DNA of 64,000 bases from Callorhinchus milii. Lineage: Eukaryota. Within the stretch, counting starts at the first letter, position 1, and every line of letters starts with the position of its first letter. The stretch lies in contig NW_024704742.1 in the NCBI RefSeq assembly GCF_018977255.1, positions 125,366,001 through 125,430,000 of the forward strand. The letters are read 5' to 3'. The notes under the pieces were generated by a model. The model was not told where the DNA came from, did not search any database, and worked only from the letters and a program-made list of their open reading frames with translations. A program made the translations under genes and the position numbers. Shown here one piece after another: positions 1 through 11,736 of the stretch.

Positions 1-592
1 AACTCCCTGCTTGTCGGTCTTCCCAACTCTTTTCTCCACAAGCTTCAGATCATCCAGAAATCCAGAACCCTGCAGCTCATGTTCTCTCCTGCAACAGGCT
101 ACGTGACCCCATCATCCCCACTCTCGCCGGGCTCCACTGGCTCCCCATCCCTCAGAGGATAAAGTTCAAAATCCTTGTCCTCACCTTCAAGGCCCTTCAC
201 GGTCTTACCTCTTCCTACCTGTGTGACCTACTAACCCCATATCAACCTGTCGCCACTCTCTGCTCAGCAGGCTCTGACCTGCTTCAAGTACTCTACCTGG
301 CCCACCTACCATTGATGATCGGGCCTACAGCTTCTCTGCCCCCACCCACTGGAACACTATCTCTCATTCCCTTCGCCTTGCTCCCTCCCTTGTCTCCTTC
401 AAGGCACGTCTCAAGACACTCCTCTTAACCATGTCTTCAGCTACACTCCTATCCTCCCTGCCATCCACCCTCCCTGATCCCAAACCCAGCCCCCGCCCCC
501 AGCTCAGATCGAAATCCCTGACTGTTCAGCACCTTGGGATGTCCTCCCGACGTGAAAGGCACTTTACAAATATCATTTTGTATTGTATTGTA
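1..592 (+). mobile_element. L2 LINE 3' fragment (subfamily A)
   Basis: Degenerate L2 ORF2 C-terminus (LHWLPI...FKILVLTFKALHG) followed by tail ccttgggatgtcctcccgacgtgaaaggc and (TTGTA)n. Confidence 0.9.
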
Positions 593-595
593 TAA

Positions 596-685
596 GGGGC
601 CTTATCGCTTTGTTGAGACGTCTCCAAGAGCTTCACAGCACATACTGTAAAGTGAATTGACTCACATTTTGTGGGCGAAATGTGT
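596..685 (-). mobile_element. SINE 3' tail fragment
   Basis: Reverse complement of cacaaa...caattcactttacagtat...gtgaagc...gagacgtc, shared with full SINE copies. Confidence 0.75.
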
Positions 686-856
686 GTTTTTTTTCTTCTT
701 TCGATTGTCAACGATGGAAAAGGCTAGGGATTTACATGACTGGAACTAACTGCTGCGAGCATCGTGGCTAGCATCTAATGTAAGAATAATGAAAGGACTG
801 TTGGGATCCCTCTGGCCAGTTCAAGAGTAAAAAGCAAATCTCTGTGAATGTGGCAT

Positions 857-992
857 CCTGGCTCAGTGGGTTGTGGGTTCAAATCTCACATCGGGACTCG
901 GACTCATATAGCCTAAGCTGATAGTGTCGTGCTCGCAATGTTTTGCATTGGTGGAGATGCTTGTCCTTTGGATTAGGCGTTAAACCAAGGTT
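857..992 (+). mobile_element. Old DeuSINE (SacSINE1-like), 5' part
   Basis: ggctcag...gtgggttcaaatc tRNA-like head and ggagatgc...ggattaggcgttaaaccaagg Deu-type body. Confidence 0.7.
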
Positions 993-1169
993 CCCTCCCA
1001 CTCTCTCTCTCTACCCCACCTCTCCACCCACCCATGAGTAAGGACCCAAATTTTGTGGCAGAGGACTGGTGGTCATTTTGCTGCCAAAGTCGAGTTTACA
1101 CACACTGCTGCATATAGCTCGTCCAACTAACTATCAAGAGCACCTTTACCTGAATTAATTCTCAGATAT

Positions 1170-1420
1170 TATTATTGATAATAATGATAATATCCTTGCA
1201 TTCAATATATAATAATAATAATCCTTGCACTTGATGTCGCGCTTTCCACGTCTTCTGGACGTCTCAAAGCGATTCACAGAATATACTGTAAAGTGAATTG
1301 ACCGTATTTTTGTGAGCGAATATAATGCCTTATCACATCATCGAAACGTCTATAAGCTGGGAATCAAGCCCAGGTCTTATTGTTTGCGAGGCGACCTCAC
1401 TAACCACTTTACTACGGGAT
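1170..1420 (-). mobile_element. Young tRNA-Ala SINE fragments (tail plus degraded head)
   Basis: atccttgcatt...gcgctttccacgtcttctggacgtctcaaagcg tail; cccaggtct...ctaaccact head remnant. Confidence 0.75.
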
Positions 1421-2119
1421 TTGAATCAATTCAGGTCATATATAGGACAGCTGTATGAAGAGTAAAGCTCCCTATATTCTGTGTGATAGACATGTTCCAT
1501 AAACTTGTATCTCGATTTTTCACTGAAGATTATTTTAATTAGCATTATTGATTTTGATCCATATAATGGTGGTAATTCATTAGAAGCCTACAGCTTGAAG
1601 GTGTTCATTTGGTGAATGGTAGTTCCAAAATAGCAGGCTTGTAAGCTTGAATGGTGTCTGGATTTCAAGTCCTAATGAAAAAATTGTACCAATCTGTGAA
1701 TTCTATCTGAGTAGAAACCCCAAGTATTTCGTTAATAAAGGACAACTGTTTGAACTGCACCAGGTAGATGAGCATTGGGTGGCCAATCTGAATAATAACT
1801 GCAGGCTAACTCCTTCAATCATCAGGCTATTCACAGTTCCCCATTGCGGGCAGAACCCATTACCGTTCAATCTTACTTCTTTCAATGCGAGATGGTGTTG
1901 ATAGAATTCAAGCCCCGTACTTTAGTGGACTTCATAAGTGAATTCAACTGATTCACCACTCCTGTAGCTTGCAGCAATATTTTATGCTGTGTGCCAAGTG
2001 AGAACATTTTATCCAGTCTCCCCTCTGTGTTCCTCCAGATTGTTCTTTCACATGTAGGCAATTTTAAAATAATAAAATAAACAATAAATTGGATCTGTTA
2101 CATCCCATTTACAACTAAC

Positions 2120-2155
2120 CTTTGTTCTCAAGGATTTTTGTTCATATATGAACTT
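2120..2155 (-). CDS. Candidate 36-nt exon (phase 0-0, KFIYEQKSLRTK) of an unidentified gene
   Basis: Acceptor ctttcattcctttgtgcag, donor AAG|gttagt, only one open frame; no homology evidence. Confidence 0.3.
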
Positions 2156-2539
2156 CTGCACAAAGGAATGAAAGTTGGCGGGGCAAGAGCATATTTATAA
2201 AAGTTCATATGTGTCTCATGCTGCTTTTACCACTCATTAGGACACTGACTACAACTCATTTGTTACCAGTTCAAGCAAATAGAGTTTAATGGGCTTTCAT
2301 TGGTTTTATCATGATTTTTCAGATTTACAGAAGGTCTTCTCAATAAGGCTGGATGTAAAACTAATGCCTGACAGGCATGGTTGCCAGGTATGGTTGAAAG
2401 CCAAGCTGACACATGCAACCTTAAATTCGAAGTTCAAGAGTCTGATTGGCATACATAGCAATGTAAGAATCTATGGGACAAGAAAGGACTGTTGTGATCC
2501 CTCTGGTGAGACAAAAAAAAACAAATCTCTGAATGTTTC

Positions 2540-2985
2540 AGCTAGGCTCAGTAGTAGCACTCTCAATCTTGCCTCTGAGTCAGAAGGTTATGGGTTCAAA
2601 CCTCATATCGGGACTTGGACTCATATAACCTAAGCTGACCTGCCCCCCCCCCCCCCCCGCCCCCCGTGCAGTGGTGGAGGTGTTTTGCATTGTATGAGGT
2701 GCCATCCCGTCTGCCTGTACAGGTGGACGTTAAAGATTCCATGGCACTATTTGAAAAGAGAAGGGAGTTTCTCCCAGTGTTCTGGCCAACAATCCCCTCT
2801 GAAAAAAAAATGATTATTCACTCCATGGCTGTTTGTGAGACATTGCTGTGTGCAAACTGGCTGCCACATTTCACCCATAAAATAACCGTCAAACCACTTT
2901 GCAGTATATCCTTTGAAGGGCTTTGAGATATCACAATATTGTATTAGTGTGCTAGATCAAATGCAAGAATTATTATTATTATTGT
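2540..2985 (+). mobile_element. Old DeuSINE (SacSINE1-like), near full length
   Basis: gctcagtagtagcactctc...ctctgagtcagaaggttatgggttcaaa head; caggtggacgttaaagattccatggcactatttgaa Deu domain; (ATT)n tail. Confidence 0.85.
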
Positions 2986-3218
2986 CTTTTAAACATTTAA
3001 AACAGTTTCTACCTGAATCTGCTCTAGATTTGTGCAGCATTAGTGCTAATAGTAGCAGTATCCAGCTTTCAGCTAAACACATTTTAACAAAGTGTTAATT
3101 TATGGCAGTGGAATATCTCTAAGAGTGAAATGTCTCACAATGTGATACATCACAGAATATAATTATTTATAATTACTTGGGATGTTCTCCTGACATAAAA
3201 GGCGCTATATAAATATAA

Positions 3219-3273
3219 ATTTGTATTGTATAATCTAAAGTTATTTGTATTGTATAATCTAAAGTTATTTGTA
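3219..3273. repeat. 24-bp tandem repeat (about 2.3 units) at an L2 tail
   Basis: atttgtattgtataatctaaagtt twice plus a partial unit. Confidence 0.9.
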
Positions 3274-3496
3274 AGCTTGATGACTGGAGCAGAATAACAC
3301 TAACAAACAGCCAGAATAACAGCCAACATCAATAAATTCTGTACATTGAGCGAATGCAGCAGATATAAGTACAATTAAACTTTTGAACCTGCAGGGGTCC
3401 AGTCATGGTCTTTTAGCAAAGAAAGCAAAGAAGCATTGAAACCAGACTCTTCAGACTAACTTCTTGAAGTCTTTTCCTGAAAATACAATTTAGCCG

Positions 3497-3592
3497 GGCT
3501 CAATTAGTAACACTCTCAGTTGTCCTGGAATCAAGGGTGAAGGCAGAGAGATAGAGTTGGGAGTCATCCGTGTAAATGTGGAAGTTGATCCC
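3497..3592 (-). mobile_element. L2 RT fragment
   Basis: Translates GINFHIYTDDSQLYLS, a variant of the YADDTQLY motif. Confidence 0.85.
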
Positions 3593-3921
3593 ATAATAAT
3601 AATATTCCTTCCATTTGATATAGCGCTTTTCATGTCGAGAGGACGTCCCAAAGTGCTTCACAGAACACACTGTAAAGTGAATTGACTGTATATTTGTGGG
3701 CGAACGCGGCAGCCAATTGCGCACAGCAATGTCCAATGACAAACAATGACAAACAGTCATAGATTGAAAATGACCAATTTTATTATTGTTTTTGGTTTTG
3801 GAGGGATTATTATTAGGCGTGTGGAATAAGGAAACTTGCCCAAGGTTTCGCCCTGCTGGGAATTGAACTCAGGTCTCTCGCTTGCAAAGCGAGTGCTCTA
3901 ACCACTGAGCTACAGGACTCC
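3593..3921 (-). mobile_element. Young tRNA-Ala-derived SINE, full length (SINE2-1_CM-like)
   Basis: ggagtcctgtagctcagtggttagagcactcgctttgcaagcgag head with A/B boxes, conserved body, L2-like tail with (ATT)n. Confidence 0.92.
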
Positions 3922-3924
3922 GCA

Positions 3925-4115
3925 TATGGGTTCATAGCCTAGGCCGGCACTCCAACACAGTGCTGGATGTGTGCCGAATTGTTGGATGTGCCATCCTTTG
4001 GATGAAATGTTAAACTGAGGTTCTGTCTGCCTGTTCAGATGGATTTTAAAGATTCCATGACACTATTCAAAAAGAGAATGGAGTTCCTCCTGGTGTCTGG
4101 CCAACATTGCTCAAG
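3925..4115 (+). mobile_element. Old DeuSINE, central part
   Basis: ggatgaaatgttaaactgagg...aaagattccatgacactattc...tggccaaca. Confidence 0.8.
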
Positions 4116-5034
4116 ATAAAATTGGACCTCAGTTTAATTGGACAGCAATTCTAAATTGGAACTAAATTGGAGCTGGCAACCTTCTGGCTCAGAGCCAAGA
4201 GTGCTACCAACTGAGCCAAGGTGACACGTAGGAGAGTTAGCACCAGCACGGACACAATGTATTTAAGAAATGCGAAAGGTTTATAATTCAAGTATCTCTG
4301 GTTGTACACCATGCATGTCACACTGACACAAGGAACCCCCTCCCCTTCCCCCCTGTGAAAACAGACTAATTTGAAGTGTCAGTCGTGAGTCTGCATGAGG
4401 TGCTTCACATTTCTTTATTCACCAACATCATCATTAAGAGATCCTGTTTAGAAATATTGCAAAACTCACCCCAGAATTGCAATAATAAACAATGATTGTA
4501 AAACCAAGTTAACATTAAACCTCTTTGATTCTCTCTAAATGCCTGAGTGGTACTCTGAGAGGTAGGCTGGAGTTTTGATTTTATTTTTAACCTCACTGCT
4601 GAAACCTGGTTTCAGATTTCCGACAAGGTTAATTCCAACACTGGAGTGCGACTGGCAGTGGAGATGGAGAGTGTAAATGAAAGCGAGGGGAAGAGATGAA
4701 GAATCTATGGATCTACTGGCAGTTAGAGTTAAGCTTTATTTCTGCATTCCTTTCTGTTTAAATCCAGTGTTCTTTTGAAAGTGTTTCTCTGCTCAGGTGG
4801 GCATTCTTTCTTCATCACATTAATAGGAATGAAAATTGCAATGTTTCATAATAGTCTTCCCAAAAAGATTCCTTTGACATTTCACCTAATAATCCTGAAT
4901 CCTTTAAATTCCCAGGAATTGTCCACACAGGGAGAACCTCAGATAATTTAAAACAAAATGTGACTTCCTACTTGCCAAGTGACATTGGGAAAAGACACCA
5001 CCGGAAATAAGAGTAAGTCATAGGAAACAGAAAG

Positions 5035-5710
5035 TTGCTGATTCCAATCTTCGTGTGTGCTGAATCAGTTAATTTCAGTTGTGTAGCCTTTGTAGTTATA
5101 ATCCTTCCATTTGATATTGTGCCTTATCACATCATCAAGACGTCTTAAAGCACTTCACATGATTTTACGGTAAAGTGCGGTGACTGTGTATTTATAGGCA
5201 GTGCAGTAAACAATTTGCATACAGCAATGTCTCACCAACAGTCAAGAAGTGAAAGACATTTTGTTTTAATTCAGGGGATTGTTGGCCAGAACACTGGGAG
5301 AAACTCTCTTCTCTTTTCAAATAGTGCCATAGGATCTTTGAGGTTCACTTGAACAGATAGATGGAACCTCAGTTTAATGTTTCATTATTGGGACGGCATC
5401 TCCGACAATAGAGCACATCCAAGCACTGCTTTGCAGTGTCAGCCTAGGCCCTAGAGTTCGAAGTCCTGACTTGAACCCACAACTTTCTGACTGAGAGGCG
5501 AGGATGTTACCAATTCAGCCAGACTGACCCTTTGCCGAATGTCTGGTGAGGCCAGGGCTCAGCTGTGATGCAAATAGGCATCTAGAACTCAATGGAAAAT
5601 ACTCAAACGTGAAAAATGGCCACTTGAGTGAAGTAGGAGAGAGTGTACAGCATCTGTGGAATTTTACTCCCATCAAGAATTTTGGTGCCTAGTAGAGTGG
5701 ATGAGGGAGG
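5035..5710 (+). mobile_element. Ancient SINE-like element (AmnSINE2-like from memory), split by a DeuSINE
   Basis: tgtgctgaatcagttaatttcag before and gggctcagctgtgatgc...aaaaatggccacttgagtgaag...tgtggaa after the 5098-5530 insertion; related to 60310-60500. Confidence 0.4.
5098..5530 (-). mobile_element. Old DeuSINE, near full length
   Basis: aaatagtgccataggatcttt...cctcagtttaatg...ttgaacccacaactttctgactgagaggcgag. Confidence 0.85.
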
Positions 5711-5830
5711 AATTTGACAATAAAAAAACAGCAAGTGAAAATAAAAAGCTACAAGGCTGCAGTAATAGCTTTACTTTGTGAAAAGACAACGGGTGAAATA
5801 GCACAAGTTTCGTCTCTTTCGATTACTTAC

Positions 5831-5844
5831 TGTTTGACTTTTCA
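5831..5844 (-). CDS. Candidate 14-nt micro-exon
   Basis: Acceptor gatttcttgcctatttag, donor ACA|gtaagt; reads (V)KSQT or (S)EKSN; could be chance. Confidence 0.22.
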
Positions 5845-6887
5845 CTAAATAGGCAAGAAATCAGATTTTGGGATAGATATAAACTCCCGCAATTACACAT
5901 AACGCTTGATTAGAATCACTTTATGTGTCAGCGAACTTCCACTTAAAACGGACAAAGGCTCGAATGTTGACACCCGGTGAAGAACAAAAGTCCCCTGCTA
6001 AGGACAGAGTGATGAATTGTGGTAGTGAACACAAATGAGTCCTCACATGGTTACTCGGGTAGCAGGATTTCAAAGAAGTGCGGAACGGATAGAAGGGATT
6101 TCAGCAAAACAAAACTTCCTGTAAAAACGATGATATCAGATGCTTACTAGAACCTGTTCTTTTTCTAGCACAATATGCCTGCTACTGAAATAGCCAATTT
6201 GAATAGTGGATGGCAGAATATTCAGTAATTATTCTTACATCAGAAGTCAATCATTTTATTGACTTGATATTTGGATTCAAAATCAGTTTATCAATTCTTT
6301 ATGGTCTATTTTCTGATGAATTGTGAAACTAGAAATCAATTTTATAAATACAGCCTTAAACAGGGATCTATATAGAGCACAACATATTTTATCTATCTAT
6401 TGTAAGCACATAATGAAAAGATGGCTATTTTTAACAATCTGAGCATGAAATTTTCCTTTGTGTCGTTGCTGACGATATTAATAACCTTTTAAAATTGCTT
6501 ATTCAGGTTTACATTTACTTTAAACTATTTGTTCTTTTTGGGACATCCTCTCAATGTGAAAGGCAGTAAACAAATGTAATTTGATGTTTGTTGTTTTTTA
6601 AATTATGTGTTCACAGTGAATACTGAATGCAGATGGAGAGGTTGGTGTAAAATGATGCAAGCTGAATTAGTAGCAATAAATGTAATTATTCACCAGTAAT
6701 TTTTAAAAAATGATTTGTCATTTGTTATTCTCAACGTACCTTAGCCTTAAGGTAACTAATCCAAGTGGGAAAATCACCGGGAACTCCTATCCCTTGTATT
6801 TCAGTCAGAACTGCATGACTATCTCTTTGTGCTTCATATAAAAGCCTCTTCTCCAAACGCATCCATCATCATTTCCTTTTCTCTTAC

Positions 6888-6920
6888 CATTCATATCAGT
6901 CACTTCCCTTCGATGCTCCA
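6888..6920 (-). CDS. Candidate 33-nt exon (phase 1-1, (V)EHRREVTDMN)
   Basis: Acceptor ctatgtttttttttacacag, donor ATG|gtaaga, one open frame, in phase with 7105-7158. Confidence 0.5.
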
Positions 6921-7104
6921 CTGTGTAAAAAAAACATAGCCAAGTGATGCATGTTAACATGTCTGTCTGTTGTTTCACTAATTCTAAGTAGAGCCAATGT
7001 TTGTTTTTAATTACATGGCTTTATGTCAAGTTTTAAATTTTGCAAACAGTATAAGAAACTATTTCTTATGCTGTCCCCACCCCCACCCACCACCACATCT
7101 TTAC

Positions 7105-7158
7105 CTTGAGTGAGTTCTTTTGGATCTTTTGATTTTGTTTCATCAAAAGATTTTCTTA
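7105..7158 (-). CDS. Candidate 54-nt exon (phase 1-1, xRKSFDETKSKDPKELTQ)
   Basis: Acceptor cacctttctgtctgttag, donor AAG|gtaaag, hydrophilic protein-like frame, 184-nt intron to the next candidate exon. Confidence 0.5.
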
Positions 7159-7217
7159 CTAACAGACAGAAAGGTGATGAATGGGTCATCCCAAACTGAC
7201 GTGAACAACAACTTGTT

Positions 7218-7581
7218 TTATAATAATAATAATCTTTGCATTTGATATAATAATAATAAATAATCATTGCATTTCATATAGCGCTTTCACATCTGCTAGA
7301 CATCTCAAAGCGCTTCACAGAATATACTCTAAAGTGAATTGACTGTATATTTGTGGGAGAAACCTGGCAGCCAATTGCACACAGCAGTGTCCCTCCCACA
7401 AACAGTCGTGGATTGAATGACAAATTTATTATTGTTCTTTTTCAAGGAATTAAGGTAAATAAGGTAAGTAAACAGAGGCATGTGGAGTAAGGAAACTTGC
7501 CCAACATTTTGCCCTGCTGGAAATCGAACCAGGTCTCTCGCTTGAGAAGTGAGTTCTCTAACCACTGAGCTACAGGACTCC
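7218..7581 (-). mobile_element. Young tRNA-Ala SINE, full length
   Basis: Same head, body and tail as 3593-3921. Confidence 0.92.
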
Positions 7582-7937
7582 AGATAAGAAGAGCAAGATT
7601 TGCTTCTGGAACTCTACCTGCCAGCCACGAGGTTGCTCACTTGAAGTGAACCTGTTCCAATGGAATTCTAATGGAGCCTATTTGTAGCATTTCTTAACAG
7701 GATTTGCCAATCCAAGTCACACAATAGAGGATTCCTTTTGGTGAATAATAATCTTTGCAATTGATATGGTGCCTTTCATGTTGGAAGGACGTCTCAAAGT
7801 GTTTTGCAATATTTACTGCAAAGTGTAGTGAATGGGTACTTTTGTAGGCAAACATAGCAGTCAGTATATTTACAACAATGCCCCACAAACAGTCCCAAAG
7901 TGAATAACAACAACAACAACAACAACAACAAATTACC

Positions 7938-8135
7938 TTTGTTCATCATATCCAAGATCGACTACACAAACTTCCTGCTTGTCGGCCTCCCAAACTCCTC
8001 CCTCCACAGGCTGCAGATCATCCAGAACTCTGCAGTGTGTGTCCTCTCCCGCATCAGAATCAGCGACCCTATTAACCCAATCCTCACCCGGCTCCACTGA
8101 CATGAAAGGTGCTATAGAAATGTAATTTGTTGTTG
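7938..8135 (+). mobile_element. L2 fragment (internally deleted) with tail
   Basis: SKIDYTNFLLVGLPNSSLHRLQIIQNSA joined directly to the gaaaggtgctata tail. Confidence 0.85.
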
Positions 8136-8404
8136 CTGAATAACCAATTTTAACCAGAGAACTGTTCCCCAGGAAATTGGGAAAAACTCCATTCTGTTTT
8201 TTAGTTTTGCCAAGGGATATCAAAACAGGCCGACAGGACCTTATTTGAACATCTCATCGGAAGGAAGGCACCTCAGCTTACTCAAAAGTATATCATGCTA
8301 ACCCACAGGAATTCTACTTTGATGGGATCTATTTCTGGAGCAGGATTACTACGTGTGGATGGAAATTCTAATGTGATTCCCTAAAGAAATACTGCATTTT
8401 AGTC

Positions 8405-8685
8405 ACCATTGGCGGTTGAGCCTTCAGCCTCTCCGCCCCCTCCCTTTGGAACTATATCTCACATGCCCTTCACCTTGCTCCCTCCCTTGCCTCCTTCAAG
8501 GCACGTCTCAAGACCCTCCCCTTTGACCATCCCTTTGGCCAGGCTCCTACCCCTACCCTCCCTGCCCTCCACCCGCCCTGATCCCAATCCCCTGCTCGGG
8601 TCCAAATCACTGACTGTCCAGCGTCTTGAGATGTCCTCCCAAGATGAAATGCGCTATACAAATGTAATTTGTTGTTGTAGTTATT
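8405..8685 (+). mobile_element. L2 3' fragment (subfamily A)
   Basis: ccttcagcctctccgcccc...gtccagcgtcttgagatgtcctcccaagatgaaatgcgctatacaaatgtaatttgttg. Confidence 0.88.
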
Positions 8686-10214
8686 GCTAATGGCAATGAT
8701 ATAGTTCGAATTTATTTTGTAGACACATACTTCAGTTATAATATACACATTTAAGAGCAGAAAAACACATGGAATGATAGGCCACTTGGCCCTTTGAGCC
8801 CTCTCCCTCAACAGACTACACAAATCTTATTGTTTCATGGAAATCACCCACTCCTTATTATAACCTGGACATAAATGCTCAAAATAGAGAATTGTAAAGG
8901 CAATAAAGCAATAACAGTTCAATAGTTTGCCTACAAATATGAAGTAATTACACTTTATACTGAAAATATCCTGTTATAGCACTTTGAGACTCACAAATAC
9001 ATGATAAAGTACTATATAAAATGCAACAGATATTAATATCAGTTGAATTTTCGTCCATCCCACTATACAAGTGTGCTTCCTTTTCTCCAAAAACAAAACT
9101 TTCCCTTCACCACCAAAGAAATAATTTATTTGATGCCTTGTGGAATATTTGTTTCTCAGTCTATACTTTTATAACTTCCAATATTTTTCTGAAGCAGATT
9201 ATCCATGTGGTCTTATTGCCTTTTGGGAGGTCCAATGCAAATTGTAGATAATATCTATATACAGCTGGATTGTTTCTCTTCATGCCGTAAGCAATAGAGA
9301 TTTATTATCTCATTGCCCTATGCCAGATCCTTCCTCCAGTCAAAAATAGTTGAAAGTAGTTTATAGACTTACAAATCCATCACAAGATCACAAAGAGAGG
9401 CTCGGATGAAGAAAGCCCTTCAACCCATTTAATCGCTTCCTTGAGATCTCTTGTGTATCTGTACATGTGGCTGTTCACTCAAATGCTTTCAATACATTCA
9501 CAGCATTTTTGCTTTGTATAATATATTCAGTGCCCATTTTCCCTACTTGACACTTGCTTTAGGAGTTTTATCTTCTATTACCTCCACCAATGTTTACTTA
9601 TCTCCCCTAACCATTGCCATTATAGCTGTTACATTTGCTGTGGGGATTTACATAATGTGACAGGAGGATTCCTTTTTTGATATAAATAGGATCATTATAA
9701 TGGTTGGTCAATGTCAAAGGGCAGGATGAGAATAACACAAGATCTTTTATTGATTTATCCATCACTTGTGTAAGTTGTAAAAAAATAACTGTTCCTGAAT
9801 AGTTCAAGACTGATTTCAAAGTAAGAAAACTATTTCTATTCAGCATTTCCTGCGTATTTACACTGCACACAGTCAGTCTTTCAATGGACACTCTATGGTG
9901 ATGTTAGCTTCTTGTTGTCGTTATTTAAATGTAAGAACAGCTTGTATTTTAAATGGGGTGGAAAAATGTGATATTTCATAACTGACTTAGTAATACAGTT
10001 AATCATTATGAAACAAAGCACTATTCACTTAATTTTTTNGTGTGATATGAAGCATAATCCATTGAGGTGAAACATGGTTAGCTGACTGTCTCCAGTAATA
10101 TTCTCCGTAAGGGCCTGTGACAACTGTGTAACTTGAAGGGTGGTGATCGCTTTTCTTCTGGGACTCACAGTTCCATAATACTGAATCCGGAATCCGGTAA
10201 GATAGGGGTCAACT

Positions 10215-10570
10215 GTACTGCAAAGTGTAATTAATGACTGCATATTTTGTAGGCAAACGTGGCAGCCAATTTGCACACAGCATATCTCACAAACAGCTAT
10301 GAAGTGACTGACCAATTTTACATGGGGGATTATTACACACTGTTTTCTTTTCGAACAGTCCTATGGGATCGTTAATATCTGCCTGAACAGACAGACAGGA
10401 CCTTGGATTAATGTTTTATCCAAAGGTTTATATCCTCCAACAATGCAGCACTACCCTAGAACTGTCCTGGAGTGTCAGCTTAGATTCTGAGTTGAAAATC
10501 TCGACATGGGGTTGAACACACAGCCTTCTGACCATCAGGCAAGACTGCTACCAACTGAGTCAGGCTACAC
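10215..10570 (-). mobile_element. Old DeuSINE
   Basis: ggcagccaatttgcacacagc...gggatcgttaatatc...accaactgagtcaggct. Confidence 0.8.
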
Positions 10571-10587
10571 TAACTTTGGTCAGAAGA

Positions 10588-10985
10588 AGTCCCATAGCAC
10601 GCTCGCCTCGCAAGCGAGAGGACCTGGGCGGGGTGAATCCTTTGGTAAGTTTCCTTACTCCACAAGTCACTGTTTATCTAGCAGTATGTAGGAACCCAGT
10701 TGTTAGTCGATTGGTGGATCGCTTTCCGGGGATAATAATCCCCCCCCAAAAAAAAAAATTGGTCACTCAATCCACGACTGTTTGTGGACACTCGTGGCAA
10801 TTGGCTGCCTCATTTCGTCCACAAACACACAATCAATCCACTTCACAATATATTCTCTGAAGTGCTTTGAGATGCCTCAACGACATGATTGGGCGCAATA
10901 TCAACAACAACATCCAATTACATTTGTATAGCGCTTTTCACCTCGGGAGGACATTCCAATGCAAGGATTATTGTTATTATGATTA
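10588..10985 (+). mobile_element. Young SINE, long variant with degraded head
   Basis: Extra central segment ctgtttatctagcagtatgtaggaacccagttgttagtcgattggtggatcgc; tail interrupted by an inverted L2 tail piece. Confidence 0.85.
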
Positions 10986-11699
10986 AGAAATGGATAGATG
11001 CTTCTATCAATGTGTTTATCCACATTGTAATAAAAAGTTTAGTTTTCAATCCAGCAATGGCTAATTACTATCCAGCCTCTTCCACCACTCCAATTCTTGT
11101 TACATTGTATTACCAGCAGCTCTTTCAATACTCCCACATATTTGTAAAACTTCTGTGCTTTACTTAGCCATTGGCAGGGATCTAAAATGAGCCTTTGGCA
11201 AACTGGAAGCTGCTGTAAATTGTGAATGATTTGTACTTTGCAGTGCAGGATTCACAGAAAAAAATTGCTAAAATAATGGCCAAATAATCTCAAAAACAAA
11301 CACCAGGAAGGGCCACTTTGTCTGATATTTTGCTCTCTGGACGTTTGCTGGAACCTTTGCGCCTTTTCACAGGTAAGAAACAGCCTGAGAACAAAACAAC
11401 ATCATGACTTCCGGTTTGCACCTCGCTCAGCTACCTCCAGTTTGCAAGCAACATATTTTAGATCCCAGGATTGTTTGTTGAGGATGAACAGAATACAAAA
11501 AAGAAAATTGAGTAACTTGCTACGCACAATAGGTGCTCCATTATTTAAGAGTGTTCGAACCTAGAGCAAATTTGTGCTTTTTGAAGCTTTAAAAGAGCTC
11601 AGTAAACTCTTTGTGATACACAGTGGGTGTCAAATGTTAGGATGTCAGTCAATTGTTTTCCTTTAATCCTATCAACATTTTTTTTAGATAACCACTTAC

Positions 11700-11736
11700 C
11701 TCTGATCGGAGGAATAAACATTCGGCTTCAGCAAGT
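11700..11736 (-). CDS. Candidate 37-nt exon ((R)LAEAECLFLRSE, phase 2-0; or (D)LLKPNVYSSDQ, phase 1-2)
   Basis: Acceptor ttctatttccccag, donor GAG|gtaagt. Confidence 0.4.

Noticed and set aside
3451..3476. Possible minus-strand exon or terminal exon GKDFKKLV*
   Set aside because: The acceptor is plausible, but frame and donor are ambiguous and it abuts an L2 fragment.
3847..3921. tRNA-Ala(TGC)-like cloverleaf (also at 12985, 29676, 61806 and others)
   Set aside because: Each copy runs directly into a SINE body and (ATT)n tail and has an imperfect acceptor or T stem. These are SINE heads, not tRNA genes.
10168..10218. Fibronectin-III-like peptide VDPYLTGFRIQYYGT with a gtgagt donor
   Set aside because: The acceptor comes from a SINE, and TA-CAGTTGACCCC resembles a Tigger/pogo TIR; more likely a transposon remnant.
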